Shown here in pieces: positions 36,806 through 46,466 of a stretch of 64,000 nt of DNA. The notes under the pieces were generated by a model that saw nothing but the letters and a program-made list of their open reading frames with translations, did no database searches and had not been told where the DNA came from. The first letter of the stretch is position 1; the number at the start of each line of letters is the position of its first letter. The stretch comes from Candidatus Thorarchaeota archaeon (GTDB taxonomy: Archaea; Asgardarchaeota; Thorarchaeia; Thorarchaeales; Thorarchaeaceae): NCBI GenBank assembly GCA_003345545.1, contig PRDH01000003.1, positions 17,413 through 81,412 on the forward strand. Direction: 5' to 3'. The position numbers were made by a program, and so were the translations under genes.

Positions 36806-39583
36806 ATGACTTCAGTGCCTGTGGGCTATGAGGCGTTTCATAGCCTCAGAAGAAGGGCTGTCACTCTTCTCTGCTTTCTACTCGCGTCGACAATGACAAT
36901 GGGCATTACAGTGTATGTAGATTCCTATTCGGTCCATGAGTGGGACAAGAATATTGATGTGGGCGATGTGGCGATCAGAGTTTCAGGTTATGACATAGTG
37001 GATTATGTCAGTGAGATAAGGGGACTGTCAGGAGTGACCAAGGCAGAGGCACTCCCCAGTGCATACGGACAACTGAGAAGAGCGGCGAATCTCACGGCAG
37101 GCACTCAGGAGTTGTTTACCGATGGGCAGCTACTTGCCCCAAACCAGCAATTCACTGATACATTTCCAAACTACATCGAGCTTGTGCGTGGGAGAATGCC
37201 AGAGAATTCCACTGAGGTCGCAGTAATCAACTCATTAAACACTTACTACAATGTCAATCTTGGCGACAATCTGATCCTTGGCACAGAAAACACTGAGATG
37301 AACGTGACAGTCGTTGGATTCTATCGACATGGAGGTCAAGGAGAGTCACCATACTATTGGATGTATGAGAGTATTGCGATAGTCATGGACGGTGTACTAG
37401 CATATTCTTATCCCTATACAGATATTCTGGTCGATGTAGATCGCGCTCCACTCACGCCTTTCAATCCTGCAGGTTCTCTTGGCTATATGAACGGGATTGA
37501 CGAAGCGATTAGGAGCCTTGATCCAAATTATAACCCTGCTTATGACCCCTATTCAGCCCTCAGTGTTGAGGACCGCCTCGCTTCTGGCATCACGGCCTAT
37601 ATTCTCTGGGTTCAAGCAACGCGAATAAGTGAGATGCTAAGGGCATCAAGTATCATACTTCTTGTGATTCTTGTCACTTTCCTTGCAATACGGCACAACG
37701 TCAATGAACGTCGATTTGAGGAAAGCATCCTCATATCAAGAGGTGCTGCAAAGGGAGATCTGGAGAAAATAGTCACCCGAGAGGTACTTGAACTGGCAAT
37801 CGTATCATCTCTTCTCGGAATACCATTGGGGCTGCTCTTCAGCAGAGTAGCGATTGGGGCGACTGGCTTCTTCTCTTTCGATTTCAGCCTCTTCATCAGT
37901 GAGCCCATATTGGTCAGCCTTGAATCATTGATAATTGCAGTTATTGTCGGGCTTGTCCTTCCAATGCTCACCCTAGCAGGCTATCGTATGGTCTATTCGA
38001 CAAAGAGGAAAGCTGACGAAGAACGCGGAAAGATAGCCAAGCTAGCAAGAGGACTCAGCCTCATTCGCTGGGATGTGTTCATTACGGTCATCGCTGGTCT
38101 CCTATTGCTCGCGCTCTCGACGGGTGGGCCTTCGGCCGCAAGCAATCCTATCTTGTCGATGCTCATGTCGCTCGTTCCACTTCCTCTCTTCCTCGGAGTA
38201 GCAAGCCTCTCCATGAAGGCTTTTCGAAGAGGTGCCAATTGGATATCAAAAAGGATGAGGAGGATAGTTGGCGAGATACCATCATCTATTGGAATTCGAC
38301 GTGTCGGCAAGGAGGCTTCGTCAGCAGGAGCGGCTGCAATGGTACTAGTGTTGGCCATATGTCTGAGCTGGAACAGCGCGATCATTGACGCATCGCTGCC
38401 TGTCACGGCTCAGAACCAGGCAAGACTTGCAGTCGGCTCTGATCTCAGTTTCAGATTGGATGAGATGAGCTATGACGTCTGGGACGAGTTCTTGACCAAT
38501 GTCACAAGTCACGAACTAATCGTTGCAGGAACATTCGCCTCTACAAAACAACTCTATCTCTCAACAGATTACAGCGGCAGGACTTCGTTCCTAGCAATTG
38601 ACCCTGAAGACTATTTGGGCATTGGGTACGATTATCTAGGGAACCAGCTCAACGAGTCAGAGATTGCGAGTCTAATCAATCAAATCCAGACCACTCGTGA
38701 CGGAGCTATTATCACTTCAGATATTGCAGCTGCCTACAACCTCGCAGTTGGAGATGTTCTTCGTGCTTCCACGATGGAGGACGATGCTTTTCCCGTTTCT
38801 TTCAGAATACTAGGAATCACTGAGGCACTCCCCGAGATGCCTGAACAGCACGACTGGTTGTACTATGATATCCCGTACTACTATTACTGGGGGGAGCAAG
38901 TAGGCAAGTGGAGAGTCATTGTGAATCGTGAGTATTTCGGAACTCTATTCAATTTGGTCAATGAAACAAGTAACTTCCTATGTGTCAAGACCGTCGACGA
39001 TGCTAATGCAACGAAAATTGTCGAGGACATTGTTCAGGAAGGTGGATTCATTGCAGTATATAATGAGGAGTGGGACAGCGTCTATAGCCGTGTACACAAC
39101 ATTATAGATGACGTTTCATATAAAATGGAAAGGGCGATCGACACCATGCTCACTGTACTCACAGTGGGTTCAATCGTGGGTGCATTCTCGATATATGCTG
39201 TCGAGGGGCTTCGGGACCGGAGAAGAGAGATAGCTCTTCTCAGGTCAGTCGGCGCAACAAAGAATACCATCATCATGGCTCAGGCAGCAGAGATGCTTGT
39301 GCTCGTAGTGTTCAGTCTCTTCCTTCTACTTGTCTACTCGCCTTTGTTTTTGAGTTCATCAGTGGCCTCAGCAGGAGGCTCTGCGTCCATCTCGTATGAA
39401 GTATACCCAATCTCTGTCTTTCCCGTGATTCCATGGAACATCGTAATAGCAGTTCTCGGTTTCTTCATTCTGACCGTCACGGTATTCATTGCAGTCACTG
39501 CAGCTCTCAGCTCAAAGATTAATCTAGCTGAGGCCCTCAACACCTCATGGGCGGAGGCAGGACCCTATGGAGGAGAAGTCTAG
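36806..39583 (+). CDS. FtsX/MacB-like (type VII ABC) double permease A1
   Basis: Two extracytoplasmic domains; ERRFE..SRGA and DRRREIALLRSVGA. Confidence 0.85.
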   Translation: MTSVPVGYEAFHSLRRRAVTLLCFLLASTMTMGITVYVDSYSVHEWDKNIDVGDVAIRVSGYDIVDYVSEIRGLSGVTKAEALPSAYGQLRRAANLTAGTQELFTDGQLLAPNQQFTDTFPNYIELVRGRMPENSTEVAVINSLNTYYNVNLGDNLILGTENTEMNVTVVGFYRHGGQGESPYYWMYESIAIVMDGVLAYSYPYTDILVDVDRAPLTPFNPAGSLGYMNGIDEAIRSLDPNYNPAYDPYSALSVEDRLASGITAYILWVQATRISEMLRASSIILLVILVTFLAIRHNVNERRFEESILISRGAAKGDLEKIVTREVLELAIVSSLLGIPLGLLFSRVAIGATGFFSFDFSLFISEPILVSLESLIIAVIVGLVLPMLTLAGYRMVYSTKRKADEERGKIAKLARGLSLIRWDVFITVIAGLLLLALSTGGPSAASNPILSMLMSLVPLPLFLGVASLSMKAFRRGANWISKRMRRIVGEIPSSIGIRRVGKEASSAGAAAMVLVLAICLSWNSAIIDASLPVTAQNQARLAVGSDLSFRLDEMSYDVWDEFLTNVTSHELIVAGTFASTKQLYLSTDYSGRTSFLAIDPEDYLGIGYDYLGNQLNESEIASLINQIQTTRDGAIITSDIAAAYNLAVGDVLRASTMEDDAFPVSFRILGITEALPEMPEQHDWLYYDIPYYYYWGEQVGKWRVIVNREYFGTLFNLVNETSNFLCVKTVDDANATKIVEDIVQEGGFIAVYNEEWDSVYSRVHNIIDDVSYKMERAIDTMLTVLTVGSIVGAFSIYAVEGLRDRRREIALLRSVGATKNTIIMAQAAEMLVLVVFSLFLLLVYSPLFLSSSVASAGGSASISYEVYPISVFPVIPWNIVIAVLGFFILTVTVFIAVTAALSSKINLAEALNTSWAEAGPYGGEV

Positions 39584-42442
39584 ATGTTCCTGCTGTCGCG
39601 TCTCTCAGCAAGAGCACCAGAAGTGATTACAACACTGGTAATATTCTCACTATCCAGCGGAGTACTTGGAGGCGTGCTGTTCTACATGGACTCGGCTTCT
39701 CCCGACGTCCTGGACGACATGACGTCAGATGTGCCGATTGATATGCAGGTTTCATTCACTCCCCCATTTTACACGCAGAATCTGACCAATCCAAATAGTA
39801 CAACGATGGAAGATATCGAGAACGGTGTGTCTGCTCAGGATTTCGTCATATCTACTGAGAGAGTTGTTTTTGCAGAAGTAGAAGATTGGAATGAGGAGGA
39901 CTACCGATATGTTAGGAAAGGCTTCCTTGGCGCAGACTATGGTGCTTTCCAAAGTTTCGCTGATGCAATTGATGCTAGTTTCGAAGACCTGACATACGAT
40001 GACAATTCATGCATTCTGGAGAAGTCACTCTTTCTGAGAATTGGCGCAGAGGTTGGCGACAATTTCACGCTTAGTATGACAGTATACAACAGCACTTGGG
40101 AATTGGTGGAGCTAGAGAGGACGTTCATAGTCGTAGGAACATTCACATCGAATATCTATATGAATGAGATATTCTGGGACCAGCCAGAGGTCACATACCT
40201 GCAGATGATTACAACGCCAGAAGCAATAAATGCCACCTTCAGTATCATCGGTCATGGACAGTATCACGGAGTCCAAGACAAGATTTGGGTCAAGTTCGAC
40301 CATACAGCCATTATCCAATCAGACATAGCGAGTGTGGAGGAGTCTCTTCTCAATGTCAAGAGACGGGTTGAAAATGAGTATCTTCCCTACGTGATGATCA
40401 ACTACAATGACTTCCAGCTCATGGATGCAGTCTATGAGTATACCATCTGGTCGGTAAGTATGCGGACAGTTGCTTTGTCATTCTCACTTCCAACCATTAT
40501 AATGGGGGTGATGCTTATCCAGTACAATACTCGATTACTTGCTGACTCTCAGAGGAGAGATGTTGGTACTCTCAAGACAAGAGGCTCGTCAGGCATGCAA
40601 GCTTCTTCATGGGTGCTCAGCAATGCACTCGCGACAGGATTCCTAGGAAGCATTGGTGCCGTTTGCACGGGCATTGCTGCCGCAATACTGTCGAGCACAG
40701 TGAAGGAACTACTTGTGTTTGACCTAGGGCATCTTGCGGGCTTTACCATCCTTCTTCAACCTGTTGCTGTTGCTGCAGTATTCTTCTTTTCCTTCATAAT
40801 AGGAATCATAGTTGCTTTGCCTGCCGCAATCAAAGCGTTACTCATGACACCCTCAGAGGCTCACGCATCGCTTGAGAGTGCTACCCTCTCAGATTCGGAA
40901 AAGATGGGGAGCCCTATTACAGATCTATTGATGATTGGCATAGCAGGTTGGCTGCTCTTGCCAATGATGAGTATGTTTGTCTATTTAGGGATGGGCGCTT
41001 TTGGATCATTTGCCGCGGCAGCGGTGATTATTCCAGTACTAGGTGTCTTTCTCTTTGGATTCGTGCGTTTGCTATCGAGACCAGCTGCTACAATCAAGGC
41101 CAAGATACTTGGGAGAGTAAGACGGCCATCCCTTATCGTGGGCTTGCGACTCATGTCAAGAACAGTCCTTATGTTCAAGAAATCGGAAGCGATGGGGACA
41201 ATGTTTGTTGCAATGGTATTCACCGCCGGTATCTTCGCCTCGATTTCAGCGACGACAGGAAATGTCCATATGAAACAGATTTTCATGTTTCAGACAGGAG
41301 CCGACATTGTGGTTGATGTTGATGCAAGCTTCACCAATGTCACGCTGGACCTTCTGGAGAACATTAGCGGCGTTGACGGAGTTGCTCATGTAAGCCCGAT
41401 GTTTCGTACAACCGCCTATGTGCAATACTGGGACTCATACTACTATGGATATCGAGATCACATAAATCGTACAATCTTTGTCTTCGGAGTCGACCCAGAC
41501 ACTTGGATAGAATCAGCATTCTGGTTGAGTTACTTCTCATATTATGCGTCGCCCAGTTTGTCGATTGCGTTACTCTCAGAGCCAGCATCCGATGGCATCA
41601 ATGTGATTACTTCTTTCAAGCCAGTCGACCATTATACTATGGATTCCACCGGATATTCGTATCCAGTGTATTCCAATTCTATCGACTTGCAGATTATCAC
41701 TCCCGAATCGAGAAACATAACCTCGTGTACTATTGTTGATGTCCTGGCTGCCGCTGTCAGTAATTATCCGGGTGTGACATATCTGCCTGGCGAACCTGAT
41801 GCTACTGATTTCGTTATAGCTGACCTCGAGTTCATTCATTCGAGCTTTAATACAACTCAGGTTTCAAAGTTCTATGTCGACATAGAGCCTGATGCAAATT
41901 ACACAAGAGTCAGTAACGATATCCACGCCATCGCGCCGTACGCTTTCAATGATATCGAGTCGCCCTTCGCCAATATCAATGACGTTCTCGCATCAAGGGG
42001 GACTCAATCCATAAATGGAGCATATACTCTCAATGTGATATTCTCTTTGGTTTATTTGACAATAGGCATATCAATCGTAAGTCTAGTGCGAGCCAGAGGA
42101 CTCAGGAAGCAACTCTCAGTGATTCGTGCTCTTGGCGCGCCGAGCAAGTCGATAATCGTGGCAGCTCTCTCTGAAACCAGTATTGGCTTACTCATCGCGG
42201 CAGCAATTGGCTCGATAGTTGGTATTTCTCTTGCTTACCTATTCATGAATTTGCCGCTCATCTATATGGGCGTGGCGACTGCCAGCATATGGTCGCGTCT
42301 GCCGGTCTTTCTGCAGATACCTATTCCGTTGCTGCTTACAATAATCGTTGTGTCAATTGGGGTTGCTTTGGCTGCCACATACTTCATACTTATTCGAATC
42401 TTGGGACTGAACATTGCGGAAGAAATACAATACAATGAGTGA
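39584..42442 (+). CDS. FtsX/MacB-like double permease B1
   Basis: QRRDVGTLKTRG, GADI, LSVIRALGA. Abuts the upstream stop codon. Confidence 0.85.
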   Translation: MFLLSRLSARAPEVITTLVIFSLSSGVLGGVLFYMDSASPDVLDDMTSDVPIDMQVSFTPPFYTQNLTNPNSTTMEDIENGVSAQDFVISTERVVFAEVEDWNEEDYRYVRKGFLGADYGAFQSFADAIDASFEDLTYDDNSCILEKSLFLRIGAEVGDNFTLSMTVYNSTWELVELERTFIVVGTFTSNIYMNEIFWDQPEVTYLQMITTPEAINATFSIIGHGQYHGVQDKIWVKFDHTAIIQSDIASVEESLLNVKRRVENEYLPYVMINYNDFQLMDAVYEYTIWSVSMRTVALSFSLPTIIMGVMLIQYNTRLLADSQRRDVGTLKTRGSSGMQASSWVLSNALATGFLGSIGAVCTGIAAAILSSTVKELLVFDLGHLAGFTILLQPVAVAAVFFFSFIIGIIVALPAAIKALLMTPSEAHASLESATLSDSEKMGSPITDLLMIGIAGWLLLPMMSMFVYLGMGAFGSFAAAAVIIPVLGVFLFGFVRLLSRPAATIKAKILGRVRRPSLIVGLRLMSRTVLMFKKSEAMGTMFVAMVFTAGIFASISATTGNVHMKQIFMFQTGADIVVDVDASFTNVTLDLLENISGVDGVAHVSPMFRTTAYVQYWDSYYYGYRDHINRTIFVFGVDPDTWIESAFWLSYFSYYASPSLSIALLSEPASDGINVITSFKPVDHYTMDSTGYSYPVYSNSIDLQIITPESRNITSCTIVDVLAAAVSNYPGVTYLPGEPDATDFVIADLEFIHSSFNTTQVSKFYVDIEPDANYTRVSNDIHAIAPYAFNDIESPFANINDVLASRGTQSINGAYTLNVIFSLVYLTIGISIVSLVRARGLRKQLSVIRALGAPSKSIIVAALSETSIGLLIAAAIGSIVGISLAYLFMNLPLIYMGVATASIWSRLPVFLQIPIPLLLTIIVVSIGVALAATYFILIRILGLNIAEEIQYNE

Positions 42443-42447
42443 TCATC

Positions 42448-43338
42448 ATGTCGGAAAACCTTGACCAAATCTCGGAACAATACAAAATAGTGGTGAGAGA
42501 CCTTATGAAGGTCTATAGGAGGGGTCAAAAGGAAGTCATCGCGCTCCGAGGAGTCGACTTTGAGGTCAGTGAGGGAGAATTCCTTTCGATAATTGGCCCA
42601 TCAGGCAGCGGGAAGTCAACTCTGCTCAAGATGCTTGGAGCTCTGGACAAGCCAACAGCGGGAGTCATACTCTATGACGGTCATAGTGTCAATGCCTTGG
42701 ATGATCGTCGTTCAATGCTTTATCGACGACAGAAAGTTGGATTCGTTTGGCAGATTGGAAACCTAGTTCCAGGGCTTAGCGCCCTCAAGAATGTAATTCT
42801 GCCGATGAAGCTTGCAGGGGCGCCATCGAGCGCTTCGACTGAACGAGCCACCATGCTTCTTGAAACTCTGGGGCTTGCCGACAGAATGAATCATAAACCC
42901 AACCAGCTATCAGGAGGCGAGAACCAACGTGTGGCAATCTGCGTTGCCCTCGCCAACAGCCCGGAATTACTTCTAGGTGATGAGATTACAGGAGAGCTGG
43001 ACTCCGAAACCACAGAGGTTGTAATGGACTCCCTTAAGAGAACAAACAAGGAATTTGGCACGACTGTCATTAACGTCACTCATAATCCTAAGGTCGCTGA
43101 ATACGCCGATAGAGTCCTCAGGATTCGTGATGGTTTGATTGAGGGTCAGAAGCACATCCTATATGGTGACATCACTGAGATTGATGCAAAGGGAAGAATG
43201 GTCATACCGGATACAATTCGACGACTTGCTGGACTTGGTAAGAGGGTAGTATTGCGAGCAACCTCAGACGGGCTTCTCATCAGCCCCCTCGACACCAGTG
43301 GTGAAGCCAGTAGTGGCCAAGATGCATCAATAGAGTGA
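42448..43338 (+). CDS. ABC ATPase (LolD-like) with C-terminal AbrB/MraZ-like domain
   Basis: GPSGSGKS, LSGGENQRV, LLGDEITGELD; C-terminal EIDAKGRMVIPDTIRRLAGL. Confidence 0.88.
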   Translation: MSENLDQISEQYKIVVRDLMKVYRRGQKEVIALRGVDFEVSEGEFLSIIGPSGSGKSTLLKMLGALDKPTAGVILYDGHSVNALDDRRSMLYRRQKVGFVWQIGNLVPGLSALKNVILPMKLAGAPSSASTERATMLLETLGLADRMNHKPNQLSGGENQRVAICVALANSPELLLGDEITGELDSETTEVVMDSLKRTNKEFGTTVINVTHNPKVAEYADRVLRIRDGLIEGQKHILYGDITEIDAKGRMVIPDTIRRLAGLGKRVVLRATSDGLLISPLDTSGEASSGQDASIE

Positions 43339-43387
43339 AAGATGAGCAATCTCTATATCGGAGCATACGGACCGGGGGTCAGGGACA

Positions 43388-43624
43388 ATGATGAAAAGCA
43401 AACAGAAGATGCCATGGTCATTCTATTCCACACTCGCATCCTTCGGAGTGTTCTTCGCTTCAGCGAATATGTATTTTCTAACTACGTGGCTCAATCATCC
43501 ATTCAAATCGGACCTCTGGCTTATTGGTGTCGTCATAGGTCTTGCTTGGCTCGTGTATTCAATTCACATGGTGAGAAGACATCAACAAGAATTGATTGAG
43601 AAGAAGCAACTCGAAGGCAGTTGA
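43388..43624 (+). CDS. Small 2-TM membrane protein
   Basis: 78 aa with two hydrophobic helices; T7 run downstream at 43672-43678. Confidence 0.65.
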   Translation: MMKSKQKMPWSFYSTLASFGVFFASANMYFLTTWLNHPFKSDLWLIGVVIGLAWLVYSIHMVRRHQQELIEKKQLEGS

Positions 43625-43703
43625 CAGTTGCTATGGCGCAATCAGGTACGGTTTTATGCCAGTCTATGGTGTTTTTTTCCAACAGGGAGGCCTGAACAAG
43701 GAC

Positions 43704-46466
43704 GTGCACCCGACCTTTGACTCACCCATGACGCCTCTAAGAAGAAGGACTGTCACTCTGTTCTGTTTTCTAATGGCAGTCTCTATTCTGTCATCCATTT
43801 TCATCTATGTCGATTCCAACTCGCTGACGACATGGTCAGAATGCAACAGGGATGTCGGACCCGTCGCAATGAGGGTCATAGGAGATAATCTTCATTTGGC
43901 CTTAGATGAAATAAGAAACATTCCTCATGTCACACAGGCAAGTCTTGTTGAAACTGCCCCGGCCTATCTTAGAATGGATAAGGATCTAGTCTATGTTGGT
44001 TCCCCAGATGATCCTTTCAACCCGACCTTCCTCCTACAGGGAAATGCATATGCTCTCAGTGACGATTTCATTATCAACTTCCCCGAGGAGTTCGAGATAG
44101 TGGAAGGGAGGTATCCTATGAACTCCTCAGAGATAGCATTAACATATGCAGATGCTGCAGAGTGGAACATACCCATAGGTCGAATGATGAACTATACACA
44201 CACTCTTAATGGAGAAAAGCGCACGATATTTGTTGTTGGCTTCTTCAAGCTAGAGTGCTATGATGCAATAAGATATGCAGCTGCGAAAATCATTGCCATT
44301 GTCACGTCAGATGTGCTGAATCCATTGGCAACGAAGACACTGGGCTACATAGACGTTGATAGGGACATCTTGTCGCCAGGAGATCCCAGAGGAAGCCTTA
44401 GTCTGCTTCTAGGAATCGAAGACAGCATCGCTCGAACCGATCCGTCCGACATGCTGTACTCAAACTACTTTGTCGACAACTATCTTGCAATGGGGGTACA
44501 ATCGTATCTGGACTCCCTGAATCTTCAAAGAATCAGACAAATCTCCAGAACACAATCGCTTCTCCTGCTCACAGGAATAATGGGCTTTCTCGCCGTACGA
44601 TTCAATATCACCTCACGCGAATCTGAGATGGACTTTCATGTGATGAGAGGAGCCTCTAGAATCAGGATTCTGAGGTTGACTATGGTTGAATTGTGGTTAC
44701 TATCAATCCTGTCAAGCGCACTATCTATTGTCCTCGGCCTATTTCTAAGCGGGCTCGCAGGAAGCTCGAATGGCTATCTTGACTTCGGTTTTGAAGATTC
44801 ATTTGGGAGTCCACTACTTCTTACCATTGACACTGTAGTCGTACTTGGACTCGCTGGCTTTCTTCTACCCGCAATTGGATATGTGACTCACAAAGCAATC
44901 CGGACTGTCACCAGCGTAGAAACGGGGCAGAGTCAACTGGCAAAGATTGTAAGGAACATTCGACTCGTACGTTGGGATGTCGCTACCACTCTACTCGGCA
45001 TTCTGCTGATATTGACACTGTATATAGGCGGTCAGAGCGTTAGTGGAAATGCAGTCCTTGTGCTTATTGCGAGTCTCGTACCGATTCCGCTCTTCCTGGC
45101 CATTGCCAGCATGTTCAAGAAAAGCATCGTACGGCTGACAATGCCACTCTCCCGTCTTCTGCGTAAAGCTACTGGTAAGATACCTGCGACCGTGGGCATT
45201 CGAGGCGTCGCGATTAGGGACAATATGGCGCTCCCTGTCATCTTGATCGTGTCACTCACGCTTTCATCATGTCTCATAAGTAATATAGTGGCAACCAGTC
45301 TGCCCAATACTCATCTCTTCCAGACAAGATATCTCATCGGTGGAGACCTATCGTTCCATCTAGACAATGGGGAATTAGGCCAATGGAGTGACTTCAGCGA
45401 AGCTGTTCTACAACAGGAAGATGCGGAAGCAGCCTCACTTGTATCGATCGGATTCCTTTCACTATCGGAAGGAGCTGAAGGAATCGTAGAATTCATCGCT
45501 ATTAGCCCGGAGCAGTATCGTCATGTTGGATACAGTCACACAGGGGAGGAACTAGATAGCTCAAGTCAGAGTGGCTTCTTGTTAGAACTTGAGGCGAATC
45601 CGGAGGGAGCTATTCTTACATCAGACATAGCATCAGAATACAACCTGATCCTTGGGGATACTTTGCGCGTGTTTTCATTCTGGGACATCTCAATCACTAC
45701 TGAATTCAACATCGTTGGAGTAACAGATGCGATTCCACGGCCAAAGGTGATTGGCCAGGCCACATCCGAGTCTGTTGTAGGTACGAGGGAAGTATGGCTC
45801 AACCGCAATCACCTAGGAGCTCTTATCGATTTGAATGCCACGGCAGAAACCTTCCTCTGTGCCAGGGTGTCTGATGGTGCCAACGCCACAGAGATTGGCG
45901 AAGATGCACTAGAGGACTATGAGTCAGTAATCCATTCCCAGAACGAGTGGTCTTCAGCCACAGCTGAATTGGACTCCTTCTACGCAGTTCCGAGATACTG
46001 CATTGACAGAGCAATTGATAACATGTTGACTATCAATCTGGCATTTTGCATGTTTGCAGCTCTCATCGCCTTTCAGGTCGATAGACAACGCATTGACAGA
46101 GGATGCAATGCTTTGCTCAAATTGCTGGGCGCTCCCAAGAAGTTGCTCGTGAGAACTCGCTATGCAGAGGTGTTGGCGCTTATCCTCTTCAGTTTCCTTC
46201 TGGTGGCAATATTCAGCTCAATCAGCATAGCAAACACCCTTCGGATCGAGCTACTCGAATACAGTACTTGGCGATATACATTCCCAGTTTCAATTTTCGC
46301 ATTCGCAGATTGGAGCGGGTACCTATGGGTAGCCGTGTTCCTGCTTGTGCCATCAGTAGTACTAACGACTGCTCTTTCGACAAGGAGTGACAAGAGGAGT
46401 ATTGCTAGTGTACTGGAAGATATAGAGTTGTTTCGAAAAACTCGTTTCGTAGGAGAAACCAGCTGA
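43704..46466 (+). CDS. FtsX/MacB-like double permease A2 (paralog of 36806-39583)
   Basis: LRRRTVTLFCFL vs LRRRAVTLLCFL; shared GAI.TSDIA and LxRWDV. Start is uncertain (43704 or 43728). Confidence 0.8.
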   Translation: MHPTFDSPMTPLRRRTVTLFCFLMAVSILSSIFIYVDSNSLTTWSECNRDVGPVAMRVIGDNLHLALDEIRNIPHVTQASLVETAPAYLRMDKDLVYVGSPDDPFNPTFLLQGNAYALSDDFIINFPEEFEIVEGRYPMNSSEIALTYADAAEWNIPIGRMMNYTHTLNGEKRTIFVVGFFKLECYDAIRYAAAKIIAIVTSDVLNPLATKTLGYIDVDRDILSPGDPRGSLSLLLGIEDSIARTDPSDMLYSNYFVDNYLAMGVQSYLDSLNLQRIRQISRTQSLLLLTGIMGFLAVRFNITSRESEMDFHVMRGASRIRILRLTMVELWLLSILSSALSIVLGLFLSGLAGSSNGYLDFGFEDSFGSPLLLTIDTVVVLGLAGFLLPAIGYVTHKAIRTVTSVETGQSQLAKIVRNIRLVRWDVATTLLGILLILTLYIGGQSVSGNAVLVLIASLVPIPLFLAIASMFKKSIVRLTMPLSRLLRKATGKIPATVGIRGVAIRDNMALPVILIVSLTLSSCLISNIVATSLPNTHLFQTRYLIGGDLSFHLDNGELGQWSDFSEAVLQQEDAEAASLVSIGFLSLSEGAEGIVEFIAISPEQYRHVGYSHTGEELDSSSQSGFLLELEANPEGAILTSDIASEYNLILGDTLRVFSFWDISITTEFNIVGVTDAIPRPKVIGQATSESVVGTREVWLNRNHLGALIDLNATAETFLCARVSDGANATEIGEDALEDYESVIHSQNEWSSATAELDSFYAVPRYCIDRAIDNMLTINLAFCMFAALIAFQVDRQRIDRGCNALLKLLGAPKKLLVRTRYAEVLALILFSFLLVAIFSSISIANTLRIELLEYSTWRYTFPVSIFAFADWSGYLWVAVFLLVPSVVLTTALSTRSDKRSIASVLEDIELFRKTRFVGETS

